DNA of 64,000 nt, from the NCBI GenBank assembly GCA_016124735.1, contig WGMZ01000019.1, positions 3,217 to 67,216 of the forward strand, written 5' to 3'. This DNA is from Bacteroidota bacterium. Its GTDB lineage: Bacteria; Bacteroidota; Bacteroidia; UBA8524. Under the pieces are notes generated by a model. The model was not told the DNA's origin, did not search any database, and saw only the letters and a program-made list of their open reading frames with translations. The position numbers were made by a program, and so were the translations under genes. Shown here piece after piece: positions 60,286-64,000 of the stretch (its first letter is position 1; every line of letters begins with the position of its first letter).

Positions 60286-61026
60286 TTATTTGTAGTATAG
60301 CACCTCGCCGGGCCCTTTTCCGCTTACTATGAGCGTATCTACTGGTTTCACATGATAATAGACATCGCCTGTGTTTTCCATCTTACATGTCAAACGTTTT
60401 TCTGCCCGGATATGAATGGCATTCAATCCATATTGATAGATGAACGCATCATTGCAATCCAGTTCTGCGCCAGAGTATTCACCCGTTTCATAGTTGATTA
60501 TTTCCAATACTTCACAGGCTCCTTTTACGTTTACCTGTCCGGCCTGCCAATGTTGTAGCCAAAATGCCCGAACCTGAATATTCAGGTTTTGATCATGCGT
60601 GCTTTTATGGATCATCGTGATGTGATCGGCAAATAATGTATCCTCGCAAGAGAATGAGGCATCATCCATTGAATAAAGATACTGAAGCGAGTCTACATAG
60701 ACATCACATCGAATGCGGTCTTTTAATGAACGCAACCATTTGCAGCGATTCTTATCCTGGAGCATTAATAAATCTCCTTTTACTTCTGTTCGAAGCCCAC
60801 TGAATAAGTTCCCTGGGCCACTGAGCTCAATAGTGCCCAGTTTCGAGGGGTCGAAATGTAAAAGGACATCAATTCTGTCTTCTGCCTGAATGGAATGGAA
60901 AGGGCCTGTTTGTCTGACAATGGTAGCAAAGTCGCCCTTCTCTGTGCAATCCTGTTCAATCTTGTTGCAAGAAAGAAAATGAAGGCCAATGATTAATGCT
61001 GCAATATGGTATACGCGATTCCCCAT
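60286..61026 (-). CDS. GIN/DUF2807-like (auto-transporter adhesin head) lipoprotein
   Basis: Lipobox FLSC; FHSI...IDV.L; DKNRCKWLR; beta-rich C-terminus ending G.VYY...G.GEV. Confidence 0.7.
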   Translation of the reverse strand: MGNRVYHIAALIIGLHFLSCNKIEQDCTEKGDFATIVRQTGPFHSIQAEDRIDVLLHFDPSKLGTIELSGPGNLFSGLRTEVKGDLLMLQDKNRCKWLRSLKDRIRCDVYVDSLQYLYSMDDASFSCEDTLFADHITMIHKSTHDQNLNIQVRAFWLQHWQAGQVNVKGACEVLEIINYETGEYSGAELDCNDAFIYQYGLNAIHIRAEKRLTCKMENTGDVYYHVKPVDTLIVSGKGPGEVLYYK

Positions 61027-62087
61027 TCGAAATAATCAGCTCGTGCAAAATGTGTTTTTAAAGAAAAGCTGGCCAGCAGGTTTTTGTTGATTTCGTATTT
61101 GAATCCGACCCTTTGATAGACGGGCCCTTTATTCCATTTGGCTGCATACAGATAGATGCCGCCCTCCGTTACAAAATGCCAACGCCCCACTATAAGATCA
61201 TGTCCAAGCGTGAGTCCAACTTCTGCAGCGTCTTTTAGTTTTGGTTTTCCCTTCACGTCATCTGCATTGTCTCGGTAAAAATATCCCGGGTCATAAAAAA
61301 TATCCGCACCCCCGCTCACCCTAGATTTTGGAGTACATAGAAAATAATTGCGGTAGCCGATGATGCCTACAAATACCCGCTTTCGGTATACCAGTCCGGT
61401 TTCTTTGGTCGCAGCAGAAAATTTAAATTCCTGCCTTCGTTCGCGGGCACCTTTTTCATCTTTATAGCTGTATTTTTCGGCTGGTTTCCCTTTGGAAAGG
61501 TATCCCAATCCGAACCCAATTTCCACGCTATTCACCCCAAGGTTCGGCATTTTAAAGTTGGCATTGGAAAAGTGGGTGATTCCTGCAAGAGCCGAAATTT
61601 CAATCTGCTTACTGAGCATGAGATGATAGATGAAATGTACTCTCATGTTGGCATTGATATGAGAGCCAATGGCCTTATTTTCTAAATTGACCATGCTCCA
61701 GGTCTTGGTTAAATATCCGATACCTGAGCCCAATCGAAAATTAAGTTCTTGTCTTGGTTTATTAAGAATCTTGAACTCGATATAAGGTAAAATACCAAAA
61801 GCCTTTCCGGATATATTGCTGCCTAAATCAAGATAGGTAAGGTTAAATCCGATTCGTGGCGACCTGTATAGTCTTGCCCAGTTTAAATCCTGATCCTGAG
61901 TGAACCAGCTAAAATTTAATTCCAGCGTATGGGTGGCCGCCTCCATGGGAAGCATGGTTTTTCGGTGCGCCCACATGTATCCAAAATTGGAATTGACGCC
62001 AATATTTGGTCCTCCCGCAAAGACAAAGGGGACAGCAGTAACTATCCATGCCAGGAAGAAAACTGAGCGCCAGCCTTGAAGTTTCAT
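60993..62087 (-). CDS. Acyloxyacyl hydrolase / PagL-like outer-membrane protein
   Basis: Signal peptide; N.AIGS; THFSNA...PNLGVN (PagL-type H-x-S-N); C-terminal FEWGIAY. Confidence 0.78.
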   Translation of the reverse strand: MKLQGWRSVFFLAWIVTAVPFVFAGGPNIGVNSNFGYMWAHRKTMLPMEAATHTLELNFSWFTQDQDLNWARLYRSPRIGFNLTYLDLGSNISGKAFGILPYIEFKILNKPRQELNFRLGSGIGYLTKTWSMVNLENKAIGSHINANMRVHFIYHLMLSKQIEISALAGITHFSNANFKMPNLGVNSVEIGFGLGYLSKGKPAEKYSYKDEKGARERRQEFKFSAATKETGLVYRKRVFVGIIGYRNYFLCTPKSRVSGGADIFYDPGYFYRDNADDVKGKPKLKDAAEVGLTLGHDLIVGRWHFVTEGGIYLYAAKWNKGPVYQRVGFKYEINKNLLASFSLKTHFARADYFEWGIAYTILQH

Positions 62088-63637
62088 TAGATATCGAAGT
62101 GAATGCCCTGAGCCAGAGGTATATCGCTGCTGTAATTGATGGTGTTAGTTTGCCTGCGCATGTATGCCTTCCAGGCATCAGAACCGGATTCTCTTCCTCC
62201 TCCGGTTTCTTTTTCTCCTCCAAATGCCCCGCCGATTTCCGCACCTGAAGTGCCTATATTGACATTGGCAATACCGCAATCGGATCCGGCTGCAGACAAG
62301 AATTGTTCTGTTTCTTTTAAGCTGTCGCTGAAAATGGCAGAACTCAACCCTTGTTTTACATTATTTTGAATGGCAATAGCTTCTTCGAGTTCGTCGTATT
62401 GCATTAAATAGAGGATAGGAGCAAAGGTTTCTTCCTGCACAATGGGCATTTCATTTTTCACCTCCGCCAGGCAAGGCACAACATAATTTCCCAAAGAGCT
62501 GTCTTCTGAATAAAGAGTGCCCCCATAAATTATTTTTCCGCCTTGTTCTTTGACGGCTTCCACAGCCTTCAAAAATTGCTCAACCGCTGCTTTATCTATC
62601 ATTGGCCCTACCAGTGTGTCTTTTTCAAGTGGAGATCCAATCCTCAATTGGGGATAGATGCCGAGTAATCGCTCTTTCACTTGTTCGTAAATAGATGAAT
62701 GAATAATCAATCTTCGAGTGGATGTACAACGTTGTCCGCATGTGCCAACTGCTCCGAAGACTACTCCTTGCAGAGCCATATTTAAATCTGCATTAGGTGT
62801 AAGGATGATGGCATTATTTCCTCCTAATTCCAGTAATGAGCGGCCGAGACGCGCTCCAACAGCAGCGCCTACTTTTTTACCCATACGGGTGGAACCGGTG
62901 GCGGATACCAATGGAACACGGGTGTCATTGGACATGAGTTCTCCGATACGGTAATCTCCAATAATGAGATTGAAAACGCCTTCCGGAATTTCGTTATCAG
63001 CCAATACATTTTTTAGGATATGTTGGCAGGCAATAGCTGACAATGGTGTTTTTTCTGATGGCTTCCAGATACATACATCGCCACAAACAGCAGCGAGCAT
63101 TGCATTCCAGCTCCATACTGCTACTGGAAAATTGAACGCGGAAATGATGCCCACAATTCCCAAAGGATGCCATTGCTCGTACATTCTGTGCGATGGACGT
63201 TCACTGTGCATGGTAAGACCATGGAGCTGCCGCGACAAGCCCACGGCAAAGTCGCAGATATCAATCATCTCCTGCACTTCTCCCAAACCTTCCTGAAGAA
63301 TTTTACCCATTTCGTAGGAAACAAGGGTGCCTAATTCCTGCTTGTATTCGCGTAATTTTTCTCCATACTGGCGAATGATTTCACCGCGTTTCGGAGCGGG
63401 AATCTTGCGCCACACAACAAAAGCCTCTTGCGCTTTTTTTATAATTGTCTCATAATCATCCTTACTTGCCAAACTGACTGAAGCAATTTTATGCCCATTA
63501 ACAGGGCTAAATATTTCGCGGGTTTCCCGCCCTTCGGAAGCCAACCAGGTTTGACCTGTTGATGCGGCATTATTTTCGGGTAGGATGCCCAGCTCACTAA
63601 GGATGTGCTGAATGGATGTTGAGGCTTGTTGCGTCAT
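62087..63637 (-). CDS. Aldehyde dehydrogenase family 7 (alpha-aminoadipate semialdehyde / piperideine-6-carboxylate dehydrogenase-like)
   Basis: PAPKRGE, GEVQEMIDICDFAVGLSR, SAFNFP, LELGGNNA, GQRCTS, ETFAP and GGRESGSDAWK. Confidence 0.92.
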   Translation of the reverse strand: MTQQASTSIQHILSELGILPENNAASTGQTWLASEGRETREIFSPVNGHKIASVSLASKDDYETIIKKAQEAFVVWRKIPAPKRGEIIRQYGEKLREYKQELGTLVSYEMGKILQEGLGEVQEMIDICDFAVGLSRQLHGLTMHSERPSHRMYEQWHPLGIVGIISAFNFPVAVWSWNAMLAAVCGDVCIWKPSEKTPLSAIACQHILKNVLADNEIPEGVFNLIIGDYRIGELMSNDTRVPLVSATGSTRMGKKVGAAVGARLGRSLLELGGNNAIILTPNADLNMALQGVVFGAVGTCGQRCTSTRRLIIHSSIYEQVKERLLGIYPQLRIGSPLEKDTLVGPMIDKAAVEQFLKAVEAVKEQGGKIIYGGTLYSEDSSLGNYVVPCLAEVKNEMPIVQEETFAPILYLMQYDELEEAIAIQNNVKQGLSSAIFSDSLKETEQFLSAAGSDCGIANVNIGTSGAEIGGAFGGEKETGGGRESGSDAWKAYMRRQTNTINYSSDIPLAQGIHFDI

Positions 63638-63641
63638 ATAG

Positions 63642-63677
63642 CAAAGGTATAAAATGTGAGCTTAAAGTATAATTTTG
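63642..63677. promoter_or_regulatory. Back-to-back divergent sigma-A -7 boxes
   Basis: TACCTTTG (minus, 63642-63649) and TAATTTTG (plus, 63670-63677), each 4 nt from an ATG. Confidence 0.7.
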
Positions 63678-63681
63678 CGGC

Positions 63682-64000
63682 ATGCTTCGTCGTAGCTTTT
63701 TTTGCCTGCAGTTTTTTCTGATCGGTTTTTTTGCTCAAGCTCAGGGTGAATCTCAGCTCCACATAGGCGTAGGAAGTCTTAGCGATTTTTATCCTTTAAA
63801 CTATAATGGTAAAATTTACCAGGCCACGGCTTTGGGTGCAGGGGTGCGTATAGGTTTTGAAAAGGAATGGAAACAGCTGGGTTCCGGACACTTCAATATT
63901 GGAGGCATCGTTTCTTTTGGGAAAAGTACGGGAACCTATGGCATCCCCGGACATAGGGTTCAGCTTACCTGGACACATGTCGTTTGTGCTGCTCGTTTAG
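63682..64000 (+). CDS. Partial exported protein, probably an outer-membrane beta-barrel; runs off the window
   Basis: Hand translation MLRRSFFCLQFFLIGFFAQAQGESQLHIGVG...; no stop before 64000; signal peptide and alternating beta-strand pattern. Confidence 0.65.
   Translation, partial: MLRRSFFCLQFFLIGFFAQAQGESQLHIGVGSLSDFYPLNYNGKIYQATALGAGVRIGFEKEWKQLGSGHFNIGGIVSFGKSTGTYGIPGHRVQLTWTHVVCAARL

Overview
This is a 64-kb chromosomal segment of a Bacteroidota bacterium, judged from SprA and T9SS cargo proteins, TAnnTTTG promoters, a Bacteroidota-type purF and a dcw cluster with no murF. It opens with the dcw cluster (partial ftsI, murE, mraY, murD, ftsW, murG, murC, ftsQ, ftsA, ftsZ), a YqgE/AlgH gene and a 2065-aa multidomain T9SS cargo protein. 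It continues with recJ, lptB, purF, aroQ, a purine nucleoside phosphorylase, rlmD and an NhaC-family transporter. An ECF sigma/FecR/TonB-dependent receptor/DUF4249 module is followed by an ABC exporter, an amidohydrolase, an SLT transglycosylase, icd, a Schlafen/AlbA_2 protein, purQ, ruvA, sprA, a PagL-like gene and an ALDH7 gene. I saw no rRNA, tRNA, transposase or cas genes. The most unusual non-coding feature is a pair of related intergenic tandem arrays about 8.5 kb apart: 3 x 71 bp at 25.4 kb and 6 x 71-72 bp at 34.0 kb. They share a ~37-bp core and have array-specific second halves. Two other signals stand out: many promoter -7 boxes only 4-6 nt upstream of start codons (probable leaderless mRNAs) and an unannotated 29-aa ORF behind an ECF-like promoter. 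All family calls are by visual motif recognition; no database searches were run.
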